Positions 29,785 through 38,596 of a stretch of 64,000 bases of DNA are shown in pieces; within the stretch, counting starts at the first letter, position 1; each line of letters opens with the position of its first letter. The notes beneath the pieces were generated by a model that was given only the letters and a program-made list of their open reading frames with translations, was not told the DNA's origin and did not search any database. The stretch is from PVC group bacterium (GTDB taxonomy: Bacteria; Verrucomicrobiota; Kiritimatiellia; CAIKKV01; CAITUY01), in the NCBI GenBank assembly GCA_945870225.1, contig CAMBRF010000013.1, forward strand, positions 13,469 through 77,468, written 5' to 3'. The position numbers were made by a program, and so were the translations under genes.

Positions 29785-30676
29785 GACCGCCTCCCCGTTT
29801 GGCGGGCGACCATCAGCAGCCGGTGCTCCAATCCCAACGGGACTAGAATTTTGTTTGAAAGTCCGCGCCCGAGCCAGCTCAGCACCTTCACCACCCTTGC
29901 CGACCGGCTGGGATTGGGCAAATAGTAGTTCAAAAGGTCAACCATTCCAAAAGTACGGCAGTATAGAACTTCAAAACCCCATCGAGCCAAGAGTCGCGTC
30001 AGGCTTTTCCTGCCAAAAAAATGAAGGTGCTCGAAACTGGCATTGTACCCGTGCCACTTCGCGCCCCACAGTTTATGGGCATCATAGTTGGGCGTCATAA
30101 TCATCAGCAGACCATGATTGCGGACGGTCCGGTGAACGGCACGCAGGTCATCATCGGGGTTGGGCATATGCTCAATGACATCAATCAGGGTGATGATGTC
30201 TGCACTCTGCGGAGGCAGGGACACACTCGTCAAGCTGCCCACAATGACCGGGAGCGATAGGTGTGCTGTTGTTTTGTGCGCAGCGCAGGCGGAGATCTCA
30301 AGTCCGGGGCATGACACCCCGCCGCTTGTGCCGCCGCCAAAAGGGCCCCTGAGGCGCACCCCACATCCAGCAGACGCGCCCCCTCCAGTGACGTGTACTG
30401 GGCCAGTATCTTCAGCAGGGGGTTTTTGCCTGTCTTTAGATCATCAGCATCGGTCAGGAAATTATTAAAGTAGGCGGGGCTATCCGTGCGGAAGTATTCC
30501 TCTCCGTACATCGTCTTTAAATCCAGGCGATCCTTATCTTCCAACGTCCCGCACCCGCAGCTCCGACACTGTCGAACACGATGCCCGTCTCGGCGCACGC
30601 CCGCGAACCGGAAGGGAACATTCCCTCTACAGGCGGGGCAATACCGAGTCACGTCCGGTGATGGCTTTTTCATCAT
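29781..30676 (-). pseudogene. Class I SAM methyltransferase (N-terminal zinc ribbon) split by a 1-nt frameshift near 30315
   Basis: ORF 30230..30841 supplies CPACRGN...CRSCGCG and motif I LLDVGCASGALLAAAQAAG, then runs out of frame. ORF 29781..30359 continues in another frame with VSCPGLEIS...LIDVIEHMPNPDD...MIMTPN. The junction is at a GGGG run. Confidence 0.7.
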
Positions 30677-30710
30677 GTGGCTGATCGTCCCTGCTTGAGC
30701 ATCGGCGCCG

Positions 30711-32045
30711 TCAGGCTTGTTCCTCTTTGTGGAATAAGGACAGGGACAGCGCCAGGGCCGCCATTGAAAGAATGGCGTAGGCCGCCAGGAAAGCCAGAGT
30801 CTGCCCCAGGGCGCCATGCCCGGGGATCCACATCCAGGCACCGCCCAGCAGTACCGCCGCCCATAATAAATTCAGACCAAAGGAGAACCAAAGGTGACCG
30901 GCACTCAAAAGCGCCGTCCCGGCCGCATTTGATAAACATATGAACACGGCGGAAAGCATACCCACGATCAACACAGGAACGCCCACCCTGAAGCCTGTTC
31001 CGTACCCATCCATGATCCACGGCGCAAAGAGGATGACTGGCACAGCGACCCCGAGTGCCAAGGCCAGATTCACCGCGACATTCAGCATGAAAAGCTTTCG
31101 GGTCTTCCGCCGTTCGCCGTGGCCCTGCAGATTGGACAACATCGGCAACAAAACGCGGCCAACGGTATTGGGAACAAAAAAGACTATATTTTTCCAAGAG
31201 GCCGTGGCTCCAATCAAGGACATCTCACGGTAGCCGTTGGGCTGATTGACCAGCATCGCGTTGCAGATCCAGCCGATGGGATCCACCATCAGCCCCACAA
31301 AAAGCGACGGCAAGGAGAACTTCCACAGCAGGGGCGCCTCCTGCCGGAGTCCTGCATAACAGGCGCTCAGGTGATGGCGCAGAAGTTCCCGTCGCGTGAA
31401 CCACTTGAACACCAGGCACATGAGGCCAAAACTCACCGTGGAGGCACAGACGCAGCCGCGCAATCCATCTACCCAGACACCCAGCAGCAGAAGGGTCGGG
31501 GTCAGAAGGCCCATCAGGATATTACCCAGAGCCAGACTGCGAAAGGCCTCCAAGCCGCACAACACCCCCATTTGCGCACCGTTGGTGGCCTGAAAGAATA
31601 TGGCGACCGCACCGATCTGCAAAAGGGGTGCCAGCGCGGGCGCGTTCAAGAACCGCTGTGCGATCCACGGCCCCAACCCAACGAGAAGCAGGGCAAAGAG
31701 AGCGCCAAAACACCAGGCAAGGAGATTTGATAAACCGATGATCCGGCCAGCGCGCAACGGATCCGTCGTGCGGTACTCGGCCACGTATTTGGTGGCCGTC
31801 AGGGCCGTACCGAAACTGGCGAAAGATTGAAATAGGACGGTCGTACTCAACACCATGCCGAATTGCCCGAATTTTTCCTGCCCCAACGTACGTGCCAGAA
31901 GCATATAGGCCGCAACCGAGAACCCCTTGGTCGCCAGGGCTCCGATCAAGGACCAGAACATCCCCTTCACGAAGCGCTGTGCCACCGGACCGGAAAAATG
32001 TGCGCGCCAGGGCCGGGGAATGCTTCGTAAAAGATAGTTCCACAT
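30711..32045 (-). CDS. Wzx-type oligosaccharide flippase (MOP/polysaccharide biosynthesis protein family)
   Basis: 444 aa with about 12 predicted hydrophobic helices. First gene of the long minus-strand EPS operon. Confidence 0.7.
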   Translation of the reverse strand: MWNYLLRSIPRPWRAHFSGPVAQRFVKGMFWSLIGALATKGFSVAAYMLLARTLGQEKFGQFGMVLSTTVLFQSFASFGTALTATKYVAEYRTTDPLRAGRIIGLSNLLAWCFGALFALLLVGLGPWIAQRFLNAPALAPLLQIGAVAIFFQATNGAQMGVLCGLEAFRSLALGNILMGLLTPTLLLLGVWVDGLRGCVCASTVSFGLMCLVFKWFTRRELLRHHLSACYAGLRQEAPLLWKFSLPSLFVGLMVDPIGWICNAMLVNQPNGYREMSLIGATASWKNIVFFVPNTVGRVLLPMLSNLQGHGERRKTRKLFMLNVAVNLALALGVAVPVILFAPWIMDGYGTGFRVGVPVLIVGMLSAVFICLSNAAGTALLSAGHLWFSFGLNLLWAAVLLGGAWMWIPGHGALGQTLAFLAAYAILSMAALALSLSLFHKEEQA

Positions 32046-32430
32046 GCGCGAGTTAAACTTTCAAATCTTTCCCTGGTACACCGGACGGATCCCGCCCACT
32101 TGAGGGCACGGATTTTCCGACGACGGGGTCAGTTTCCGGGCGGTTCCGATCAATCCACGTCACCCGTCCCGCCACGGCACACTCCGTGCCCGCCGATTAT
32201 GCCATGGAGAACCCCCTAGCCCCTTAACTTATCATATCATCCAAAAACGGCCAGAGTCGAAATCGCCGTTCAAAATCGCCGCCTAAGGGGAGGAACTTTC
32301 TCTTTTGCGCTCGCTGAAATAAACAGAAGTAAACAGTGCCAGCAAAAATCATTGAGGCTTCTGGGTCTCGCTGCTATAGTTCTTCGCCATTGATCCAGAG
32401 GCTGATAACAGCCCAATGCGGAGGAGACCC

Positions 32431-33561
32431 ATGGAAGCGATTGCCCTTGAATGTTCCAATTGCAAGGCCCGGCTCAAAATCAAAGCCAGTTCGGCGCGGA
32501 CCCCGCTTGAAGTCAAGTGCCCTAAATGCGGCAAGATGATATCGGTTTCGAAAAACGCGGATGACGCCTCCTCCGCACCTGCCAAACCCGCAGCTCCGGC
32601 GCCAGCCGCTCCGCCGCAATCTCCACCGGCCGTCGCGGCTCCGCCGCCGGTCGCCCCCGTGGCGGCCGCACCAGCCGCGCCCAAGGCCCCGCAACCTGCC
32701 CCCCTAGCTGCAGAGCCTGCGCCTAAAAAAGCCGCCGCGCCCATCGTGCTCAACACGGGCGGTGACCAGGCGGCTCTGACGATCCCTGTCAAATGTCCGT
32801 CCTGCCATTGGCAGACAAAGGTCGCTGCCCCGCTCATCGGGAAAAAAATACGCTGCAAACAATGCGGCGCCATTACTCCCGTGAATGCTCCGGAAGGGTA
32901 CGCCCCCCCGGCCGTCCTTCCGCCTCCCGCAGCGATGACGACCGCCATACCCGTACCGGCCAAAGCCGAGCCGGCTGCCCCCGTGCCGGCACCCGCACCT
33001 GTTGTCGCGCCGGTTCCACCTCCCGCACCCGTCATCCCCATGGCGACGCTTACCGCTGCGCAACCTCCGCCCTCCCCTGTGCAACCTCCGGCCGCCGCCG
33101 TTGAACCGCCGCCGCCCCACCCCAAGCCCGCTACACCCGTGGTCATACCGCCAGCCCCGGTCAAACCCAAAACCGATTCCGGTCAGGTTACGCTGGCCTC
33201 CATCGCCCTGCAGAACGAGATTGCCGATCTTAAAACCCAACTGCAAACCGCACATCATCAGGCCGATGAAGCGATCCGCAAGGCCTCGACGGCGGCGCAG
33301 CGTCTGGCCGATGCCGAGCGGGTCGCCGCCGAGTCGTCTCAACGGGTGCGCGAGGCTGAAAAGATGTTGCACGACATGGCAGGGCAGAAAGCACTGGAAA
33401 CCATGGCGACCAACCGCAAGGCGGCCGAACTGGAAGCGACCGTGCTCGCCCTGCAGCAAGTGCTCTCGAGTATCGCCCAGGATTTCCAGGCCGAACTGGC
33501 CAACATGGAAACCCGTGCGTCAAACGTGCGCTCGCGATTGGCCTCCCTCGGCTTGGAATGA
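32431..33561 (+). CDS. Hypothetical protein: two MJ0042-like zinc ribbons separated by Pro/Ala-rich linkers, then a C-terminal coiled coil
   Basis: Start at ATG 32431 preceded by GGAGGAG. CSNCKARLKIK...KCPKCGKMI and KCPSCHWQTKV...RCKQCGAI. Long AP-rich tracts. The heptad-like C-terminus begins around LQNEIADLKTQLQTAHHQADEA. No signal peptide or TM segment seen. Confidence 0.6.
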   Translation: MEAIALECSNCKARLKIKASSARTPLEVKCPKCGKMISVSKNADDASSAPAKPAAPAPAAPPQSPPAVAAPPPVAPVAAAPAAPKAPQPAPLAAEPAPKKAAAPIVLNTGGDQAALTIPVKCPSCHWQTKVAAPLIGKKIRCKQCGAITPVNAPEGYAPPAVLPPPAAMTTAIPVPAKAEPAAPVPAPAPVVAPVPPPAPVIPMATLTAAQPPPSPVQPPAAAVEPPPPHPKPATPVVIPPAPVKPKTDSGQVTLASIALQNEIADLKTQLQTAHHQADEAIRKASTAAQRLADAERVAAESSQRVREAEKMLHDMAGQKALETMATNRKAAELEATVLALQQVLSSIAQDFQAELANMETRASNVRSRLASLGLE

Positions 33562-33645
33562 CCTGGCGCGGGCTTTGAGCACCCGTTCATAAAGTAATCG
33601 CGCGCCAACCTCCTCTTGTGGCAGATTAGCGCAACAGGAGCTTCT

Positions 33646-35589
33646 ATGCGCATTGTTCTCATTACACCTCCCATGGTGCAGGTCAACGCCCCTTACCCGG
33701 CCACGGCCTGTCTGGCTGGCTTTCTCAGCGCACACGGATACGAGACCGTCCAGACCGACGCCGCACTGGAGCTTGTCCTGCGCCTGTTTTCAAGGCGGGG
33801 ATTCGGGCGCCTCCGGAAAGCTCTGCGCCCCCGCGCACGGTCCCGCTCCGTGAAGCATGTCCTGGAACATGCCCAAACCTTTGCCCATACGATCGAGCCG
33901 GTCATTCGCTTCCTGCAGGGCAAGGATCCCACCCTCGCCATCCGCATTGCCTCCCGTACCTTCCTGCCTGAGGGCCCACGGTTCGCCAGCCTGCAAAACG
34001 ATACGACCGATCTTATTCCCTGGGCGTTCGGCCAGATGGGAACCCAGGACCTGGCCGTCCATCTGGCCAGCCTCTATCTCGACGATCTGGCTGACGCCAT
34101 TCATGACGGCATCGACTCCCGCTTTGAACTGGCCCGGTATGGCGAGAGACTGGCGGCCAGCGCGCCGCACTTCGAGGGAATCATCAAGGCGCTCCGCCAT
34201 AAACCGTCACTGATCGACACCCTGATCGATGAACTGGCCGAGGATTGCGTCCGCGCCCATGCCCCGGAATTGGTGGGATTCACCCTGCCCTTTCCCGGCA
34301 ATGTCTACGGTGCCTTCCGGATGGCCCGTCGCATCAAACGCCTCTCACCCTCCACGCGCATCGTGATGGGAGGCGGCTACGTCAACACTGAACTCAGGGA
34401 GCTATCCGACCCGCGTGTCATGGATTTCACCGACTATCTCCTTTACGACGAGGGCGAGGGACCGCTCCTGCGGCTGATCAAACACCTGGAAAGAAGGAAT
34501 CTGCCGTTGATCCAGTTGATCGAACACCGCGACGGGACCCCGCCTGCGGACGATCTGGTTCGCACCCTCTTTCGCGATCAGGGTCGCCTCGTCAGGTCCC
34601 CCGACCTGACAACGCCGGCCGAGCCCGCTGACCCCCGCCCCGATGCCACGGAATCGTCCTCCATCCCTCTCTATCAGGCCTTGCCCCTGGACGGCTATTT
34701 CTCGATGGTCGAAATGGCCAACCCCATGCACCGCATCTGGTCCTGCGGACGCTGGAACAAGCTGACCCTGGCCCATGGATGCTACTGGCACCGCTGCGGC
34801 TTCTGCGACACGGCACTGGATTATATCGGACGCTACCGGGCCACGCCGGTCAACACTCTGGTCGACCAGATCGAATCCCTCATCAACCAGACCGGCCAGA
34901 CGGGATTCCACTTTGTTGACGAAGCCATGCCGCCCGCACTGCTGCACCGTCTGGCGGAACAACTGTTGGCGCGCGACCTTCATATCACCTGGTGGGGGAA
35001 TATCCGGTTTGACAAGGGCTTTACACCCGAAGTGGTGGACTGGATGGCCCGCTCGGGCTGTGTCGCGGTCACCGGCGGTCTCGAAGCCGCCACGGACCGG
35101 CTGCTCACCCTGCTCAACAAGGGGTTCTCGCTCGATCAGGCGGCAGGAGTCACCCACACGCTCACCGAAGCCGGCATCATGGTCCACACCTACCTGATGT
35201 ACGGTTGTCCGTCTCAAACCTGCCAGGAGACCCTCGATTCCCTGGAGTTCGTGCGCCAGTTATTCGAAGCCGGTTGTATTCAATCGGCCTACTGGCATCG
35301 CTTCGCGCTAACCGTTCATAGTCAGATTTTCCGCAACCCCGACCGGTATGGGATCACACTATTGCCCGAACCTCCAACGACCTTTGCCCGTAACGAAGTG
35401 CCTTTCCGGGATTCGGTCAGCTGCGACCACGCCGCCCTGGGCCCCGGTCTGAAGTCCGCCGTGTACAACTATATGCACGGAATGGGTCTCGATCACGATG
35501 TCCGCCAATGGTTCACCGGCGAGGTTCCGCCCACAACCGTGCCGCCGGACCTGGTCAGCCGGTTTCTCGCGGAAAAGCATCAGGGTTGA
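33646..35589 (+). CDS. B12-binding-domain radical SAM protein
   Basis: Start at ATG 33646 after CAGGAG. N-terminal MRIVLITPPMVQVNAPYP...GFLSAHGYE resembles the cobalamin-binding Rossmann-like domain. The cluster motif reads GCYWHRCGFCD. Confidence 0.7.
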   Translation: MRIVLITPPMVQVNAPYPATACLAGFLSAHGYETVQTDAALELVLRLFSRRGFGRLRKALRPRARSRSVKHVLEHAQTFAHTIEPVIRFLQGKDPTLAIRIASRTFLPEGPRFASLQNDTTDLIPWAFGQMGTQDLAVHLASLYLDDLADAIHDGIDSRFELARYGERLAASAPHFEGIIKALRHKPSLIDTLIDELAEDCVRAHAPELVGFTLPFPGNVYGAFRMARRIKRLSPSTRIVMGGGYVNTELRELSDPRVMDFTDYLLYDEGEGPLLRLIKHLERRNLPLIQLIEHRDGTPPADDLVRTLFRDQGRLVRSPDLTTPAEPADPRPDATESSSIPLYQALPLDGYFSMVEMANPMHRIWSCGRWNKLTLAHGCYWHRCGFCDTALDYIGRYRATPVNTLVDQIESLINQTGQTGFHFVDEAMPPALLHRLAEQLLARDLHITWWGNIRFDKGFTPEVVDWMARSGCVAVTGGLEAATDRLLTLLNKGFSLDQAAGVTHTLTEAGIMVHTYLMYGCPSQTCQETLDSLEFVRQLFEAGCIQSAYWHRFALTVHSQIFRNPDRYGITLLPEPPTTFARNEVPFRDSVSCDHAALGPGLKSAVYNYMHGMGLDHDVRQWFTGEVPPTTVPPDLVSRFLAEKHQG

Positions 35590-36494
35590 GGCGACGGCGA
35601 AGTCCAGCCCCTGTCCGCCAGAAACCTCCAGGTGCGCTCCAGCGCCTCCCGGACGGAGGCCTCGTCGCTGCAAAACGGAATCACAAAGGCATGCTTCCGT
35701 CCGTCGAGTTTAGTGAACTCGATTGGATTTCCAGCGTCTTGCATGGCTTTGACAAAACGCTCCGACCAGGCGATCGGCGTCACCGTATCAGCCGTACCGT
35801 GAATCACCAGCGTCGGCGGGGCCCCGGCATGTACATGGTCAATGGGCGAGAATTCACGTGCGCGGTTCGCCACCGCCGCGCCGGCCTTACCCCCGAAGCG
35901 TGCCATATTCCACCCGTCCGGCAATGTGGTGTCAATAACGGGATTGTAGAGGATCATCGCATCCGGCCTGGCGCTGACCGAGGTGTCTTCCCCCGATTCG
36001 TCGAGTCCCTCAATCAACCCCAGACAGGCCGCCAAGTGACCACCGGCCGAGTCACCGGCTGCGGCGATCCGGTTCGTGGCCACACCCAGTTCACCGGCGT
36101 GACTCCGAATCCAGCGCAGGCACGACCTGACGTCGGCGATGCAGTGGAACACCGTCACGCCCGGCTGCTTCGTCAACCGGTACTGCACGGTCATCGCCAC
36201 CAGACCGCGCGAAGCAAAATACCGGCTGTGCGGAGCGAACATGTCCGGGTTGCCGGTGCCCCAGCCGCCCCCGTGAATGAAAACCATAGCAGCGCGCCGA
36301 TCGACCTTGGGATTGTGGTTGGAAGGGAAATACAGGTCGAGGGTGAGCGGCCGTCCGCCAACCGTCTTGTACGTTTCAACCGTTTTCCTGACAACCGGAA
36401 GCTGATCGAAAACACCGGCGGAAACACCCGTGAAGGGGGTCATCAACCCCACTACCATCCCCACAAACCATGCGGCCCATCGTCTCGTCTTCAA
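35580..36494 (-). CDS. Secreted alpha/beta-hydrolase (esterase/lipase-like)
   Basis: Signal-like N-terminus. Oxyanion motif FIHGGGW and nucleophile elbow GDSAGG. Confidence 0.8.
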   Translation of the reverse strand: MKTRRWAAWFVGMVVGLMTPFTGVSAGVFDQLPVVRKTVETYKTVGGRPLTLDLYFPSNHNPKVDRRAAMVFIHGGGWGTGNPDMFAPHSRYFASRGLVAMTVQYRLTKQPGVTVFHCIADVRSCLRWIRSHAGELGVATNRIAAAGDSAGGHLAACLGLIEGLDESGEDTSVSARPDAMILYNPVIDTTLPDGWNMARFGGKAGAAVANRAREFSPIDHVHAGAPPTLVIHGTADTVTPIAWSERFVKAMQDAGNPIEFTKLDGRKHAFVIPFCSDEASVREALERTWRFLADRGWTSPSPQP

Positions 36495-36694
36495 GGCTTA
36501 ACTCCTCGGGTTGAGGACCGGATCATGTCAGTGCCATAGCGGAGGAACAAGAGAAAACCGGCAAAACCTCCAATCCTGCCCGGGCGGGGAAATTAACCCT
36601 GTTTCATCCGTGACGGTCATCGCCATGTTCCCGTTTCTTGACTTTTTCCTCCGCTTACCGTTTGATGTCCGCCGTTTCAGAGGAGAATCAAGGC

Positions 36695-37717
36695 ATGCCT
36701 GCTACGCCGTATGGAACCGTTTTACAGGGCGATCAGACGCTCATGGATCGCCAGTTCGCGAAATTCCTGCTGCAACCGGTGGATCGGGAATGGCAACCCG
36801 AGATCTCCGCGCCAGACCGATTCCAAACCACTCTCGCCCAGCCTGTTTCCGTGACCGGCCCCGGAACCTTCTTCGGGCGGGCCCAGCGGACGCTGCACTT
36901 CGAGCCCTCCGCCGTTGAAGGCTGGTGGTTCGACCGCACGGATATTCCAGACGCCCTGCCTATTCGCGTGGCCGCCAACAACGTCTGGACGACCCAGCGC
37001 AATATTGTGCTGTGCAGCGGATCCCCTCACAACTACATGCGCATGGTGGAGCACATCATCGCCCTGCGCCTCGGTCTGGGCCTGGATAACGTCATGATCC
37101 GGATGGATTCCGGTGATCCGCCTCTTTTCGACAGAGGCAGTATGGATCTGGTCGAGGCGCTGGATCGTGCAGGACTCAAAACGACCAACCAGCCCCTTTC
37201 GTACGTCACCGTCAAAGAACCGGTCTCCATTCTGGGCCCCAACGGCAGTTTCCTGGTGTTCAAGCCCTGCTCCGGCCCGGCGCCCAGCCTGACGTTGGAC
37301 TGCGCGGTCGATTTTCCGACCGCTATCGGCAAGCAGCGGCTCAAGATCCGCCTGACCCCCGAAACGGCACGTTGCGGCGCCCTCGCCCGCACCAACTGCT
37401 CGGCCATGCAAATGCTCTTCGCCAAAACCATCGGCCAATGCTTCGCGGATTTCAGGAATCTGGGATACACGACTCGAAACATCCTGATTGCCGGCCGCTG
37501 GAATTACTATAACAAGCCAGCCCTGATTCATGAGGGAAAGGCGTTGGAGGCAGTCTGGCACCGGGCCGTGATGGACCTGGTCGCCGCGATCGCCCTGATT
37601 GATACCGGTCGCTTCGTGGGCGAGGTGCTCTCTTACAAGGCCGGCCATGCTCTGGACGTGGTCATGGTGCGCCACCTCTACGAGCAGAACCTTCTCACAC
37701 CCTTCGCCCCATCCTGA
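36695..37717 (+). CDS. LpxC-like (UDP-3-O-acyl-GlcNAc deacetylase family) protein, divergent
   Basis: Start at ATG 36695 after GAGGAG. MVEHIIALRLGLGLDNVMIRMDSGDPPLFDRGS aligns by eye to E. coli LpxC [35 protein letters not shown] aligns to YKSGHAL. Confidence 0.6.
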   Translation: MPATPYGTVLQGDQTLMDRQFAKFLLQPVDREWQPEISAPDRFQTTLAQPVSVTGPGTFFGRAQRTLHFEPSAVEGWWFDRTDIPDALPIRVAANNVWTTQRNIVLCSGSPHNYMRMVEHIIALRLGLGLDNVMIRMDSGDPPLFDRGSMDLVEALDRAGLKTTNQPLSYVTVKEPVSILGPNGSFLVFKPCSGPAPSLTLDCAVDFPTAIGKQRLKIRLTPETARCGALARTNCSAMQMLFAKTIGQCFADFRNLGYTTRNILIAGRWNYYNKPALIHEGKALEAVWHRAVMDLVAAIALIDTGRFVGEVLSYKAGHALDVVMVRHLYEQNLLTPFAPS

Positions 37718-37775
37718 TCCTGACTGGAATCCGCACGGGTCACCTCACCAACCTGAAAAATCCATATGAGAAGGG

Positions 37776-37804
37776 TTGCCAAAATCAGGAAGACTGCGTA
37801 TAGT
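37776..37804 (+). promoter_or_regulatory. Sigma70-like promoter for tRNA-Arg
   Basis: TTGCCA (37776-37781), a 17-nt spacer, then TATAGT (37799-37804). The tRNA 5' end lies about 22 nt downstream of the -10. Confidence 0.5.
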
Positions 37805-37826
37805 TCGCCTCCCATTGATCCAAAAC

Positions 37827-37903
37827 GCACCTGTAGCTCAATTGGATAGAGCATCAGACTACGAATCTGAGGGTTGCAGGTTCAAGTCCTGCCAGGTGCG
37901 CCA
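37827..37903 (+). tRNA. tRNA-Arg (anticodon ACG), CCA encoded
   Basis: Hand-folded cloverleaf. Acceptor GCACCTG/CAGGTGC, D arm GCTC...GAGC, anticodon stem TCAGA/TCTGA with loop CTACGAA, T arm GCAGG-TTCAAGT-CCTGC, discriminator G, then CCA. Confidence 0.9.
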
Positions 37904-37965
37904 TTTAGGATCAAGACCAGCCGATCCCAGAGCCAAAGAGACCCTGTTTTGGCGGAAAAATAAAA

Positions 37966-38565
37966 ATGGATGACCTGACACCAGAAGAACCGATCTCCAG
38001 CCAACCTGACAACGGAGACTTAACCGTTGATCCGACAGCGCAGCCGCCCCTCCTCGAGGTTCTGCCAGCCGGTGATCCACAGGATGAGGAGATCGCCATG
38101 CTTAAAGACCGTTTGCTGCGGCTTCAGGCTGACTTCGATAATTTCCGCAAACGCACGCTTCGGGACCGGGAAGACCAGGCACGTCGCGCAAGCGAGAAGA
38201 TCCTCAAAGACTTACTGCCGGTCATCGACCACTTCGAACTGGGTATTCACGCTGCCCACAAGAATCATGTGAAGCATACGGTGATCGAGGGATTTGAGGG
38301 GATTCTCGCGCAGTTCCAGCTGGCGCTGGAAAAAGCAGGCCTGACGCCGATCACGACCAAGGGCCAGCCGTTCGATCCGCACCTGCATGAATGCATCACC
38401 CAACTGCCTTCCGAGGAACAGCCTGAAAACACTATCATCCAGGAAACGCGCCGGGGCTACAAACTGGGATCCTTTGTGCTCCGCGCGTCACAGGTGATCG
38501 TTTCCTCCGGATCGTCGGCGCCCACCGGGACGGCGGCACCGTCCCCGACTTCAACAGAAGGGTAG
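37966..38565 (+). CDS. grpE: Nucleotide exchange factor GrpE
   Basis: 199 aa. LLRLQADFDNFRKRTLRDRE and the C-terminal beta-domain GYKLGSFVLRASQV are typical of GrpE. Confidence 0.9.
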   Translation: MDDLTPEEPISSQPDNGDLTVDPTAQPPLLEVLPAGDPQDEEIAMLKDRLLRLQADFDNFRKRTLRDREDQARRASEKILKDLLPVIDHFELGIHAAHKNHVKHTVIEGFEGILAQFQLALEKAGLTPITTKGQPFDPHLHECITQLPSEEQPENTIIQETRRGYKLGSFVLRASQVIVSSGSSAPTGTAAPSPTSTEG

Positions 38566-38596
38566 CCCAACGAGCCCCCCCTCGCCGGATACAGGC

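Noticed and set aside
32560-33170. Repetitive-looking GC-rich DNA and the 273-aa Gly/Ala-rich ORF on the minus strand (32349..33170); a possible tandem repeat or CRISPR-like array.
   Set aside because: The periodicity is codon-level low complexity from the Pro/Ala-rich linkers of the plus-strand zinc-ribbon protein. There are no exact direct repeats with unique spacers. The minus-strand ORF is the mirror image of that bias.
37776-37960. tRNA-Arg considered as an integration hotspot marking a genomic island boundary.
   Set aside because: There is no integrase, no duplicated tRNA 3'-end direct repeat that I could find, and the flanking genes (LpxC-like, grpE, aminotransferase) look like core genes.
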